A stretch of DNA of 64,000 nt from Octopus vulgaris (lineage: Eukaryota): the NCBI GenBank assembly GCA_951406725.2, contig OX597830.1, positions 20,212,001 through 20,276,000 on the forward strand, read 5' to 3'. Under the pieces are notes generated by a model. That model worked only from the letters and a program-made list of their open reading frames with translations. It ran no database searches and had not been told where the DNA came from. The translations under genes and the position numbers were made by a program. This document shows positions 12,347 through 27,495 of this stretch, one piece after another; position 1 is the stretch's first letter, and the number at the start of each line of letters is the position of its first letter.

Positions 12347-12536
12347 CAGATGATACAGAAATATGATACTCGTATACCGTGGTTTAATACACAGCTCAAA
12401 AGTGAATAGATACACATACCACAAGTACACTGTTTTATCTGTGCAGACACTACTCGTTAGTATGATATCGAAACGAGTTATATCATTAAAATCTGCACAA
12501 GACATGTCTATTAGATACTAGATTAAGTATTTAAAT

Positions 12537-12831
12537 CAGGGGTCGACGAATCGGGGTAAATTACCCCAAGTGGGGGTAAAAATGAAGTTCTTGTGTGTAA
12601 TGAGGACTTATTCGGCACAACTAAAATTATATAAAAAAAAACGTGTTCATTCTAAGAATGTTTTTTCTGGCAACACTGAATCTGTCCAATGTAATGGACG
12701 TGTATATAGATGCAATAAACCTTTTGAATTCAAAGAATCTATGATTTTCTTCTTTTCAAATCAAGGGGGTAACGTCAGCACAAGTATATATATTTGGGGG
12801 TAATTGGTTAAAAAAAGTTCCCCGACCCCTG
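12537..12831. mobile_element. hAT-type MITE with 8-bp TSD
   Basis: TIRs CAGGGGTCG / CGACCCCTG. TSD ATTTAAAT at 12529-12536 and 12832-12839. Confidence 0.9.
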
Positions 12832-13459
12832 ATTTAAATGCATCAAATGACATTATTTTTTTTCTAGAACCGTCATCGCCATGTATCGTACGCTTTTGCT
12901 GCACGTTGAGGCCACTACAGCAATAAAAGGTTTCCCGATTAAGCACGAATTTTCCTATCGAATGAAGCGATAGCTTTATTTCACACTTACTTTCTCATTG
13001 TATTTTCTTGGCAAAGATATTGGCGTGGTTTTCCAATGCCTTCACCAACTGGATGGCCGTTGGGCCACAAAGAGCTCGTCTGTCCTTCTTTTAACTCCTG
13101 TCGGATGTCGAGAAAACCTTCGTCACAATTCTACTTACATTTGAGATGTACGTGCGTATCTATACATATAACTCTTCAACTTGTTTCAGCTTTAAAGCTG
13201 GGGTCATACTGGAGCACCACCGTTGGATAAATTTAGTTTCATATTATATTCCAGTAAACTATCACTGCATTCTACTTCCATGCACAGCATCACACATCTT
13301 CCCTACAGAACCACTTTATATATCTTTCTATATGTGTATGATGAAAGATACTAAAATATTTTTCTTTCATAAATTATGTTTGTAAAGGAAGGTAGCATCT
13401 TATGCAAGGGTGCATCGTATACTCAGGCAAATATTGAACTTATTTTATGAAAACTAGTG

Positions 13460-13678
13460 ATACCGGTTTCAAATTTTGGCAGAATGCCAGTAATTCCAGA
13501 GGAAACGGTAAGCCGATTACATCGACTTCAGTACTCTACAAGTACTTATTTTATCGACACAGAAAGGAGGAAAGACAAAATCGACCTCGGCAGAATTTGA
13601 ACGCTGAACGTAAAGACGGACAAAATGATGATAAGTATTTTACCCAGCGTGCCAACGATTCTGCCAGTTCGCTGCCTT
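13460..13678 (-). mobile_element. SINE family B, diverged
   Basis: The reverse complement carries ggcagcgaactggcagaatcgttggcac...gttcaaattctgccgaggtcga. Confidence 0.75.
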
Positions 13679-13689
13679 GGGAACTCTCG

Positions 13690-14191
<502 letters not shown>

Positions 14192-14921
14192 ATTAAAAGA
14201 AAGTCATGGGGAATTCGGAGCGGAGTTTGAACTCAGACAGTAAAATGACGTAGATGAATTCTTGAAGGCAGATATATATATATATTTTTTTTTTATTTGT
14301 CCGGCGCTCTACCAATCCAGCTGTTCCACCAGCCATTCTGTCATCCACCCTTCCTTTATGCTATCATCAACAATAACAAGAACTAGAATAAGAACAACAT
14401 TATCAACAAAATCGGGAGTAATAACAACAGCAACGTCATTATCAACAACATCGACGACAACAACAACAAGAACAAGAGCAAAAGCCCCCAAACCAACAAC
14501 TACCACAATAGCAATAACATTATCAAAAACAACACCCTCCTCCTCCTTATCATCATCATCATCATCATCATCATCGACAACAAAAGCAACACCAACAACA
14601 AAAACTGTAGCAGTAATGAACGATAATAGTTGGCGTTAAGAACATCAAAATAACAATTAAGATATGAAAAGATAGAGGTGGAAAATAACAGTTTGGAATG
14701 GATCATGTCGGTGGTGGTGGCCGGGGGGGTGGGTGGGGAGCAGGGGTTGCATTGTGGGGTATGGTGCGGTGTCGTAAAGTCGGGGTTGTGATTGTGATTG
14801 TGATTTGGGTGCGACGTGGTGTGGTCGTGTGAGGTAGCGTGACATAGTCTAATGTGGCGCGGTGTGGTTCGATGATTAAGATACTGGTGGGGCTGGGTAT
14901 TTTTTTGTTTGTTTTTGTTTT

Positions 14922-14961
<40 letters not shown>

Positions 14962-15105
14962 GTGGTGGTTGCAGCAGAAGTAAGGTAGGGTGAGAGTTTG
15001 TGATGAAAGATACGGGGAATGAATGAAAGAAGACTATATAGGAGAAAAAACCCCCCCAAAAAATCAGAAAATTGGAAAATGGAAAGCTCTGAATGAATTA
15101 AGGAG

Positions 15106-15173
<68 letters not shown>

Positions 15174-15235
15174 GAGTGTGTGTGTACATACTAGCATATA
15201 TATATACATATACACATATACATATATACTTATAC

Positions 15236-15274
<39 letters not shown>

Positions 15275-15433
15275 TATATGAATATACCTATATATATGTA
15301 TTTATATATGATAAATATAGGAATGCATATTTATATATGTATATATATAATAGTTGTACAAGGAGAGAAAACGAGAGATAGACAAATAAATAGACAGATA
15401 GGTCAACAGATAAACAGATGGATGTATATATGA

Positions 15434-15471
<38 letters not shown>

Positions 15472-15614
15472 GTATATAAACGTACAAATATACATACACA
15501 CACATATATATACATATATACCTACACATATTTACGCATATATATATATATATATATACATACATATATATATATATATATACATACATACATATAAATA
15601 TATATATATATAAA

Positions 15615-15682
<68 letters not shown>

Positions 15683-15719
15683 TACACAGAAAGATAGATT
15701 TGTAATAAGCATGAACAAG

Positions 15720-15955
15720 GTGAATGAAAATGAAAGAAAATAAGAGGGGAAATGAAAGAGACAGAATACCAGAATGAAAATATGAATGAAAGAGTCGGAT
15801 GTTTAAAGATGCATGAAAGAACGGGAATAATAAAGAAAAAAAACAATATAAGAAAATTGAATGAAAATGGAATGAAAATGTGAGAGCGTGTGTCTGAGAG
15901 ACAGAGAGAAAGTGAGAAGGAAAGAAATAAGGAAAGAAAGAAAGACAAAAATAAA

Positions 15956-15986
<31 letters not shown>

Positions 15987-17360
15987 TAGAGAAAAAAAGA
16001 AAAAGTGAGAAAGAGAGTGTTAGAGAGAACGAAAGAAAGAATAAAGACATAATTTTGATGAAAAACAAATAAAGAAAATAAAAAATAAAACATGTTTCAA
16101 TACAAACTGAATGAAAGTTTCAAAGAAAGAAACATCGTGTAGAGAATGAATGAATAAACGAATGAAAAACTAAAAAAAAATTGTGAAAGAAAGAAAGAAA
16201 GGAAGGAAGAATAATAGAATACAGGAAGAGAGAGAGAGAAAGTGAACAAGGAACGAAGAAACAATTGAAAATGACAAAAGAAAGAAAAAAAGATAGAGAG
16301 AAAGGCGGAAAGAATGGTTGAAAGAAGGAAAAATAAAGACAAAGTTGAATGGAAAAGAGATAGAAAAAAGAAATAAGAAGAATTGAAAGAAGGAGAGTAA
16401 AAAGGAAGGAAATAGGTAAAGTATGAATAAAAAGCAGGAACACTGAAAGAAAGAAAGAAAGGAAGGAAGAAAGAGAGAAAGAAAGAGAAAAAGAAAGAAA
16501 GAAGGAAAGAAGGAAAGAAAGAGGTCAAGAAGACTGAAAAGAAATATAGAAAGAAATGCAGAAACAAGAAGAAAAGAAAGGAAAAAAAGAAGAGTCAAAG
16601 AAGGAAGAAAACGAATGAAAGAAAGAAGGTAAGAAAGAATATAGAAAGGAATAACGAAGGAAGAAAGAAAGAAAGAATGAAAGAAAAGAAAAAGAAAGAA
16701 TGAAAGAAAGAACGAAAGAAAAAAGAAAGAAAGGACAGAAAGAAAGACAATAAAGAAGTGAAAGAGAGAAAGACAGAAAGAAAGAAAGAAAGAAAGAATG
16801 AATGAATGAATGAAAGAATGAATGAAAGAGAGAAATAAAGAATGAATGAAAGAAACAAACAAACAAACAATCAAAGAATCAAAGAAAGAAAGAAAGAAAG
16901 AAAAAAGGACAGAAAGAAAGAAAATAAAGGAGAGAATGAAAGGAAGGAAGAAGGAAAAAAGTAGGAAAGAAAGAAACAATCAAACAATGAAAGATGAAAG
17001 AAAGAAAGAAAGAGTGAATGAAAAGAAGAAAGAAAGAAAGAAAGAAGGATAGAAAGAAAGGAAAGAAAAAGCGGGAATGAATGAAAAAGAGAGGGAAAGA
17101 AGGAAGGAAAGAAAGGAGAAAGAAGGGAAGACGAAAAGACGAATGAGAAAAAGAATGAAAAGAAAAAAGACAGAATGAGGTAACAGTGAATGAAAGAGTG
17201 AAAGAAAGGATAAGAAGGAAAGAAATAAACGATGAAAAATATAGAAGGTAAGGTAAATAAAAAGAATGAGAAGTGACAGAAAGAGAGAGAAAGATAGACA
17301 GGACAATATGAAGGAAAAAACAATGAAGTTTCAATAAATGAAATAATGAAAGAAAATAGG
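15720..17360. repeat. ~1.6-kb degenerate polypurine (GAAA/GGAA-derived) tract
   Basis: The + strand is almost exclusively A/G. The overlapping F/L/S-rich ORFs are artefacts. Confidence 0.9.
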
Positions 17361-17579
17361 ATTATATTTGCATGAGTGTGTGTGTGTGTGTGTGTGTGTG
17401 ATGTGTGTATATAACTTTCAAAGTAAGTAAGCATAAATGTATAAATATATATATGTATATATATGTGTGTGTGTGTATATATATATATGTAAACACATAT
17501 ATAGATATATATATGTATTTATATATATATAATTATATAAATATATATACATATATATATATTTATATGTATAATTATA

Positions 17580-17661
<82 letters not shown>

Positions 17662-17664
17662 ATG

Positions 17665-17699
<35 letters not shown>

Positions 17700-17784
17700 C
17701 GAATATATTTGTGTGTCTGTGCGTATAGTATAGAAGAGTATATATATATTATATTATTTATACATATATTATGATATATTATAT

Positions 17785-17888
<104 letters not shown>

Positions 17889-18527
17889 GCGTACATATAT
17901 GTATATATATATATATATACAAATATATTGTACATAAAACAAGAAAAAGAATGAAAAATGTCCAGACCAGTAAAACATGCAAAATATAGAAAAAAGAATT
18001 AAATATTTTTTTTAAATTATATAAAAAAGATTAGTGGAAATTACAGCGCACCCTACGCCATTCCACACACCACAGCTCATCCACCCCTTGTCAACAAAAA
18101 AAAAGGAAAAAAAAAACTAAGAAAATGAACACATCAAACAACAACAACAAACAAAACAAAGACGATATCACAACATAAAACAAAGAACAGATTAAAAACA
18201 AATAAGGCATATAAATAAATATAATAAAAAAAAATATATATATATACGAAGAAGCTAAGCCTGAGTGATAAATAGAGAGATATAGAGGGTGGGAGGCAGG
18301 TAGAGAGAGAAAGTGAGAGAGGATGTGAGGCAGGGAGGGGGAGAGGTAAAGCGAGAGAGGGAAAAGAGAGAAAGAGAGGGGAGGCAGTTTGTGGCAATTA
18401 TTGTTATGAAACACATTTTGGGAAGTTGGAATATAATTGTGAAGAGATTGTATGATGATAATGCTGAAGGTGGTAGGGGCGGGCCGGCGGGCGGGTGGGA
18501 GGGCGATGTTTATTTTTGGTAAGTGTG

Positions 18528-18566
<39 letters not shown>

Positions 18567-18671
18567 ATATATATATTTGTGTGCGAGTGTATGTATATAT
18601 ATGAGTGTGTGTGTATATATATACATATATATTTGTTTGTGTGTATGTATATATATGTGTGTGTGTGTATG

Positions 18672-18704
<33 letters not shown>

Positions 18705-18863
18705 ATGTATACATATATGTATGTGTGTATGTATATAAGTGTGTGTGTATGTATGTATATATATGTGTGTGTGTGTGTCTCTATGTGTATATATATGTGT
18801 GTGTGTGTATGTATATATATATCTGTGTGTGTGTGTATGTATATATATATATGTGTATGTATG

Positions 18864-18898
<35 letters not shown>

Positions 18899-19296
18899 CT
18901 TTATGTATATATATATTTGTGTGTGTCTGTGTGTGTATGTATATATATATGTGTGTGTGTATGTATATATATATATATGCGTGTATGTGTGTGTGTATGT
19001 ATATATATATGTGTGTGTGTCTTTATGTATATATATGTGAGTGTATATGTATATATATATATGTGTGTGTGTGTAAGGATTTGTGTAGGTGTGTGTATGT
19101 ACGTGAATATGCATATGTGCGCGTGTACATCGGGTGGCCGCTTGTTTGTGTGTGTGTGTGTGTGTGTATGTAAGCGTAAATGTAGGTGTCTGTGCGTGTT
19201 TGTGCCTGTAAGCATGTTTGTGTGTGTTTGTGGAGATACATGACTTTATGTGTGCGTGTAAGTATATGCTTGTTTGTGTGCGCATATGTTTGTGGG

Positions 19297-19328
<32 letters not shown>

Positions 19329-19457
19329 ATGTGTATAGATATTTGTGTGTATGTTTGTCTATGTGTGATCGGGCACGTGTTTGTGTAGTGATATTTCTGG
19401 TGCTTGTGCGTTGTGCTTCTACGAATCTTCGCGCGTGTGTGTGTGTATATATGTGTG

Positions 19458-19492
<35 letters not shown>

Positions 19493-20275
19493 TTATGTAA
19501 GTTTATGTGCATTTTTCTATATTCGTGTTTGAGCGTGTGCATTTATGATATTTGTAAATAAATGTGTATGTATCTGTGTGTGTGTGTGTTTGTGTGCTTA
19601 TATAGGTGAAGGTGTCTCACTGTGTGTGTGTATATGTATATATGCATGCAGCTCTGCATATACACACACACACATACACACACATATATACATGCATATA
19701 TATATATATATATATATTCGAACGTCTATGGGATAGAAAACCAGATAAAAAGTGAGAAAGAAGAGTCAGAGAGGAATATAATTATTGGATGCACTACATC
19801 GATGGCGTTGATGGTGGTGATATTGATGGGGGGGTGCGAGGTGGTGGTGGTAGTGGTGGTGGTATTGTGGTACACGGTGGTGTTAATGGTGGTGGTGATG
19901 GTGGTGGTGGTGGTGGCGGCGGTGTGTTTTGTAATTTTGTTGTTGTTATTTTTATTACTTTGTTTTAAAGACAGAAGAACTGCGAGTTAGGTGTGCAGGT
20001 GGGGGAGGGAAATATCCGAGGTGGTGCAGGGGAGGAAATTCGGGGTGTAGGGGACACGAACATAGGACGATACCAGGAAAATATTTACAATGGGTTGATG
20101 CTATCGTACATTTTTGTTGTTAGTGCATCAAGAATTTTATTAAAACACAAACGTTCGATCACCAAACAGGCGCGCGTACACACACACACACACACATACA
20201 CACACGCACACACATGCATATGAACAAGTTTATATACGCACACACAAACACATATATGTATGCATTTATATATAC

Positions 20276-20321
<46 letters not shown>

Positions 20322-20384
20322 GTGTCCATATAAATAAATACGTCTGTTTAACCGTGTGTATAAATATATATATATATGTATGTG

Positions 20385-20421
<37 letters not shown>

Positions 20422-20435
20422 GTATATATATATGC

Positions 20436-20535
<100 letters not shown>

Positions 20536-20551
20536 TTATACATAAATGAAC

Positions 20552-20595
<44 letters not shown>

Positions 20596-20885
20596 CGTAA
20601 TAGTCAACAAATAGAATATTGAAATATGACGAATCTCACAAATGTTCACATATAGGACTTTGCTCTCACACGCAGACACACACACACACACGCGTACACG
20701 CACACTCGCAGACACACACATATCCACACACATCTACACGCACACACACATATGTGTGTGTATGTATATATATATACACATACATGCAAAGATACATATA
20801 TATATTCAATATATATGCATATAGATAGATAAATAGACAAAAATATTCATACATATATACATATATATGTATATATATGCATATA

Positions 20886-20988
<103 letters not shown>

Positions 20989-21335
20989 ATATATATATAT
21001 ATACATAAATATATATATATACATATATTTATACATATATATAATATATATATACACATATATATATATATATATATACATATTTACATATATATAGATA
21101 TATATATATATGTATATATACATACATATACATAGATACATACATGCATAGATGCTTTTATGTATATATAGATTTCAAATACATACATGCATACATACAT
21201 AGATACATATATACATACATACATACATACATACATACATACATACATACATACATACATACATACATACATACATACATACATACATACATACATGCAT
21301 GCATACATACATACATACATACATACATACATACA

Positions 21336-21366
<31 letters not shown>

Positions 21367-21599
21367 GAACAACAAAATTCAGAAAAGCGACATCAAAAGC
21401 TATCGTAAACAAATACTTTTATGAGTTAACCAACAATCACTTTCACCTTAGTCCTTACCAATGCATCGGACACCTTTACCTTAACAACCACTAACTACAC
21501 TTCCAATACTAGCACCAATACCACAACTACCACCACCATGCCATTTTCTCGACTACCACTATTCCTACCACTGATACCACGAACAGCATCACAACAATA

Positions 21600-21866
21600 C
21601 TGTGGTAGTGGTGGTGGTGGTGGTGGTGGTGGTGGTGGTGGTGGTGGTGGTGGTGGTGGTGGTGGTGGTGGTGGTGGTGGTGGTGGTGGTGATAGGTGTG
21701 GAAATGTGATCATTATGATGCTGGTGATGACGGTAACGATGATGATGATGACGATGGTGATAATATTGATAATGATGATGGTAATGATGACGACAAAGTC
21801 GACGACAACGATGATGATGATAACGATCGCAAAGATAACGATGATGAAGATGACGGTGATGATAAC

Positions 21867-21913
<47 letters not shown>

Positions 21914-22062
21914 CGAAGTCGACGACAGCGGCGGTGATATCGATGATGATGGGGAGGAGAAGGAGGAGGAGGATGGCGACGATAATGATAACGATGATGT
22001 TGATAATAACGAAGATGATGATGATGATTATTGCGATGATGATGGTGATAAAGATGATGATA

Positions 22063-22100
<38 letters not shown>

Positions 22101-22309
22101 AACGACGACGACAACGACGCCAACAATGATCTTGGTGGTGATGGTGGTGATGGTGGTGATTGCAATGGTGAAGGTGTTGTGACTAGGATAGGGACGAAAA
22201 TGATGATGATGACGATGACGATTATGACAACGATGAGCGCGATGTTGATGATGATGATGACGATGTTGATGATGATGTATATGATGATGACGACGACGAC
22301 AACGACGAC

Positions 22310-22363
<54 letters not shown>

Positions 22364-22410
22364 AGTGATGATGATCGTGATAATGATGATGTCGATGAAT
22401 TGTGATGATG
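21600..22410. repeat. (GGT)n and degenerate (GAT)n microsatellite domain
   Basis: Direct reading. Confidence 0.9.
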
Positions 22411-23336
22411 CCTATGACGGCTGTTCACTCGAGAGGGTGGAATGTTATTCGGGGTATATACGGATTGGGGGTAATTTACGCTTAAGGGAGAGAGACAGAG
22501 AAAAAGAGAGAGAGCGAGAGTGGTTGATATCAGGGCAAGAAAAGGAAAACCGGCGAAGGAGAAGATAGAGAGGAGAAAATGAGAAGGAGGGAGATATGAA
22601 AAAAGGAGAGGGAGATATCAAAAAGGAGGGAGACTGAGAGAGAGAAGGAAAGAGTGAGAGAGAAAGCAGAAAGGGAGACAGAGGAATAGTAAATGGGTAA
22701 ATATATGGCAATGCGGTAGGGGGGCGGGGGCGAAAATGAAAGTGAAAGTAGCTGTGGTGAGTGATGTGTGCAGGGCTTCGAGGGGTAAAGATAAATAGCT
22801 TAGGGTGTGCAGGGTGGGTTAATTTTAATGTAATTGTTAAATGGTGATCTATAGTGTGGCGGTGATGGTGGTGGTTGTGGTGGTGACGATGGTAATGGAT
22901 GGTGGCGATGGGTGGTAGTGGCTGGTTTATGGAGGCTAATGTCAAGAATTTGTTTTTAGAGATTGGTTATTATCATAATATTTGGAGGGTAGGGACACAA
23001 GTGGTAGTGGAGGTGAGCGTGGTGGTTGCGGTGGCTATGGTAGAGGTGGTGGCTGTGATGGTGGTAGTGGTACAGTTTGTGTTGTTGCTGTGTTGGTAGT
23101 GCTGTTTGCACTGGTGTTGTTGCTGTGGTTGTTGTTGTAGTTGATTCTGGTGGTGTTATTGCTGTTTTGGTTGTTGTAGGTGGTTGTAATGGTATCGTGG
23201 TCCTGATAGTCATAGTACTCATGATGGTGATGGCAAGAAAATAACAGTGCCGATGGTGGTACTGGAGTGGTGATGCACGTATTGGAGATAGTTGAAGGGA
23301 GGTTGTGTTGGTAGTAGTTGTGATGATGGTAGTAAT

Positions 23337-23830
23337 GATCATTGTGATGGTTACGTTGCTGTTGTTGTTAGTCGTGATGGTGATGACGGCGACGGCGTTG
23401 GTGGTGGTGATGGTGGTGTTAGTGGAAATGGTGGTAGCGATCATTGTGATGGTTGTGTTGCTGTTGTTGGTAGTGGTGATGGTGATGACGGTGGCGGCGG
23501 CGGTGGTGGTGGTGGTGGTGATGGAAATGGTGGTAGCGATCATTGTGATGGTTGTGTTGCTGTTGTTGGTAGTGGTGATGGTGATGACGGTGGCGGCGGC
23601 GGCGGTGGTGGTGGTGATGGAAATGGTGGTAGGGATCATTGTGATGTTTGCGTTGTTGTTGTTGGTAGTGGTGATGGTGATGATGGTGGCGGCGGCGGTG
23701 GTGGTGGTGGTGGTGATGGAAATGGTGGTAGGGATCATTGTGATGTTTGCGTTGTTGTTGTTGGTAGTGGTGATGGTGATAACGGCGGTGGCAGTGGTGG
23801 TGGTGGTGGTGGTGGTGGTGGTGATGGTGC
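23337..23830. repeat. ~96-102-bp minisatellite x5 built from GGT/GAT/GTT triplets
   Basis: gatcattgtgat recurs at 23337, 23439, 23538, 23634 and 23733. Confidence 0.85.
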
Positions 23831-24075
23831 TGCTGCTGCTGCTGCTGCTGCCGCTGCTGATGCTGCTGCTGGTGTAACTGGTTATAATGTCTGTAATAAT
23901 CGTCATAGAAAAAATAAACTTGTTACTGTAAGACAAATTATCGGTTTTGGAACTGGCAACGGGACAATACAGGAGTATAACAGTTTGTGGGTTGAGAGTC
24001 TATGAGCAGAAAAGTTCTTCCGTACAATTAACTGCGACATACATACATATATGTATATATTGACACCAATTCGCA

Positions 24076-24134
<59 letters not shown>

Positions 24135-24341
24135 TTATATATGTTACTTAATAAAAAAAATTTGATCCGGCTCCTTGCAATTTAAAGTTACGCAGGTTCA
24201 AATGACGAACCTAACTCGTCAGGCATCTAGCGACAGACTCTATCTGTAGGTGACTAACGATGTAGGCTTGTTCTACGAAATTTTAAGTTGTGTGGAACTT
24301 AGTCAATCTGCTGTTGAATTAATATATGTAACTCCTATTAA

Positions 24342-24409
24342 ATGTACTGAGTGTCACTTTTTCGATTGCCCACTCATTTGTGAATGTGTATATACACACA
24401 CACACACAC

Positions 24410-24441
<32 letters not shown>

Positions 24442-24452
24442 ATATATGTATA

Positions 24453-24508
<56 letters not shown>

Positions 24509-24562
24509 GAGGTATGTACGTACATATATGTATGTATATATGCATATGTTTTATTTAATTAC

Positions 24563-24616
<54 letters not shown>

Positions 24617-24690
24617 ATGCATATATGTACTGAGTGTCACTTTTTCGATTGCCCACTCATTTGTGAATGTGTATATACACACACACACAC

Positions 24691-24722
<32 letters not shown>

Positions 24723-24725
24723 ATA

Positions 24726-24803
<78 letters not shown>

Positions 24804-24855
24804 GAGGTAGGTACGTACATATATGTATGTATATATGCATATGTTTTATTTATTT
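24342..24855. repeat. Tandem duplication (~283-bp period)
   Basis: atgtactgagtgtcactttttcgattgcccactcatttgtgaatgtg occurs at ~24342 and ~24625, each followed by the same tacatgtagaggta.gtacgtac tail. Confidence 0.9.
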
Positions 24856-24896
24856 ATTAATTTATTTTATCTATCTATCTATATATATATATATAT

Positions 24897-25232
24897 AAAA
24901 CATATGCATATATACATACATATATGTACGTACATACCTCTACACGTATATATACATGCATATATGGGTACAGGACACCCCAAAAAACGTCGAACACAAT
25001 GAGAAACGAAAACATAAACACAAAACCAAGGAAATGGACATGTTCTTAAAACAACGAAAAAATAGAGTACAGGATATACAAAAAAAGGAAAATTCCCCTT
25101 CTTCAGTCGCCTTAATTTCATCTACTCCACGTTTCGAAGGTCAAGGCGATACATGACTTCGATGAAATTTTCCTTCCCGCGAAAATCAAATTAAATAAAA
25201 TTTGAGATTTTTTTGCAGAGGGGTAAAAATGG

Positions 25233-25235
<3 letters not shown>
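24897..25235 (-). mobile_element. Non-autonomous dispersed repeat carrying a permuted hammerhead-like motif (copy 2)
   Basis: Homologous to 4720-5075. Its tail is also present in inverted orientation at ~24495-24555 and ~24790-24850. Confidence 0.7.
25095..25169 (-). ncRNA. Candidate non-circularly permuted hammerhead ribozyme, predicted cleavage after GUA (A = position 25150)
   Basis: Minus strand: aatttcatc gaagt CATGT-A TCGCCTT ga ccttc GAA-ACGTG gagta gatgaaatt AAGGCGA CTGAAGA agggg. Stem I 7 bp, stem III 5 bp, extra helix 9 bp. Confidence 0.6.
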
Positions 25236-25275
<40 letters not shown>

Positions 25276-25349
25276 CGCACTGTTGGACCGCTGGTCCGTT
25301 CACCATGTTGGTCCATTCACCATACTGGACCGCTGAGATCAACAAGTTT

Positions 25350-25402
<53 letters not shown>

Positions 25403-25421
25403 ATTTATTTTTCTCTTATCC

Positions 25422-25457
25422 CTTTCTGTTAAAGAGTGTAGGCTCGAAACGTAAAAG
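25422..25457 (+). ncRNA. Degenerate minimal hammerhead-like motif in a PLE-like repeat (25400-25560)
   Basis: CTTT-CTGTTAA-a-GAGT-gtag-GCTC-GAAA-CG-TA-AAAG; paralogous to 50327-50362. Confidence 0.35.
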
Positions 25458-25555
25458 ACTTTTTCATTTTCCGGATCGTCAAACTAATACACTTGCTTGT
25501 TGTTCATACACCTGTCTTTGTCTTTTGGTTTCTATAAATTTCAACTATAAATTTC

Positions 25556-25620
<65 letters not shown>

Positions 25621-25621
<1 letters not shown>

Positions 25622-25807
25622 ATATGTTACATTACTCAATAGTCAAGATAGAACTCTGAGTTTCAGATGCCGAAGTGGAAATCCCCAACACCATCTCTAT
25701 TGAGTAATGTAACATATTATTTTATATTATATTATTTTATAGATAAATTTCTTCTATTTACATAATATTGAGGTCTCTTTCTTTCTTTTGTTATCTTACC
25801 GTTTTTA

Positions 25808-25812
<5 letters not shown>
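25621..25812. mobile_element. PLE-like terminal repeat with a partial inverted duplication
   Basis: 22-bp arms aatatgttacattactcaatag / ctattgagtaatgtaacatatt. Homologous to 46995-47165. Confidence 0.55.
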
Positions 25813-25849
<37 letters not shown>

Positions 25850-26062
25850 ATCCAAACAAGAAAACACAAAAAAACACAACAACGCGAGGACGTGGAACAA
25901 ATATAGTATTATTGGACGATATATATATTTACACACACACACACATATATATATATAAAATTATTTGTATGAACTTTATATCAACGAAATCTCTTCAAGA
26001 AATAATTGTAGTGATATATAAAATCCATTTGTCTGTTTTATCATTGTTATTGTTATTATAAT

Positions 26063-26100
<38 letters not shown>

Positions 26101-26119
26101 AGTGTGTGTGTCTATGTAT

Positions 26120-27495
26120 ATATTACGTAACTTTTGCTTTGTCGTGATGGTCTCTATGATGTAGCGGTACCGCCGTAATATACGACGAGTATTGGGCATT
26201 TTTTTATCTATTGCAGCAACCATCTCTCTCTCTCTCTACCTCTCAACCATTTACTTCTGGGCAGAAAGAAAAGAAGAGAGAAATGTCTAATCGATAATTG
26301 ATTTAAGTGTCGTTTATGCTCCCATCGTTGGCCTTTTTATTAAATACATTATGTTTCCAAATTTTTTGAGACACTATTGTCCTCCCAACATTCTTTACCG
26401 TTTTTGTATATTTTGAAATGGACTTTGTGTCCCATGTTTAGTTGAATTATTTTGTATTTTCTCCATACGTTTTTTCCTTTGGCAACAATTTGTCGAAGAT
26501 CGATTTTTATCTTCCGGGCGAACATTATCTCTGCAGGCGACTTGTCTGAACTGGTATTCGGATTGGGCGTTATTCTGTACACCCTTAAGAATTTAGTTAG
26601 CGCTTCGCCATTTCCTAAATCGTTCCTTGCTATTTTTCGTGCTCGCTTAAAACTATCCACAAATGGTTCTACTTGCCCGTTTGATCTCCGGTAGTAGGAC
26701 GGGGTAAAAATGTACTTGGTGGCATGCATTTTGCAGAAATTTTTGAATTCGCATCCTCTAAATTGCGTTCCATTATCCGATATTATGGTGTCAAGGATCT
26801 GTGTCGAGCAAAAAGTTCGTGCTGAAGCTTTATCGTTGCTTTCGAAGTTGGTTGATTGCAACTACATACTTTCGGCCACTTGGTAAAGCTATCAACAATG
26901 ATCAAATTGTACACGTTATTCACCGGTCCAGCATAGTCTATACGTACCCTGGACCACGGACTATCAGTCTCAGACCACGATCGGTATTTCACCGGTGGTG
27001 CATTGGCTGCTAGCGCACAACCTCTACATGATTTCACCAAATTTTCAATGTCCCGGTCCATTGTCGGTCAAAACACGTAACTCCTCATCAAGGCTTTCAT
27101 TATTGACATCTCCGGGTGTCCGCTATTAAATTCATGTAATGCGCGTTTCTGTAGTGCACGTGGTACTACCACTCATTATGCGTATATTAATATATCGTCG
27201 CAAAGTAAAAAATGGTTGCATTCGTGTTTCTCTTTTTTTTTCTTCCCGGCCGACATCCCTGTATTTGTGAGAAATGCTTCTCTTCAATTTTTCTTACGTC
27301 CTGACGTAAGTTTACCATTCTTTCACACCTCCTGCAACTGTCTGCAGGGTTAAACTCTGGTCCGCTTCTTCAAGTTTTGTGAAAATTCTTGCACGTATTT
27401 CCGCTTCTTTGTTTGCCGTGAGCCCTTGTACAAAAATAAGGCACTTAAATATATCAGGGGTTGGTTCCTTCAGTTTAAACCTTTCGTACAGTGTC
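26120..27495 (-). mobile_element. Gypsy LTR retrotransposon remnant: gag fragment, integrase and LTR-like end; RT deleted
   Basis: HHCC region GHPEMSIMKALMRSYV...MDRDIENLVKSCRGC, then PWSRVRIDYAGP...IIVDSFTKWP, IISDNGTQF, SNGQVEPF and YRITP...SPAEIMF. Gag-like FKCLIFVQGLTANKEAEIRARI at ~27380-27450. Confidence 0.9.

Noticed and set aside
20097-20131. Short hairpin ttgatgc...gcatcaa as a pre-miRNA candidate
   Set aside because: The stem is too short and imperfect.
21696-24005. Asp/Gly-rich 290-aa and 237-aa ORFs resembling biomineral or structural proteins
   Set aside because: They are GAT/GGT triplet tracts and a 99-bp minisatellite, open in multiple frames, with no signal peptide or splice context.
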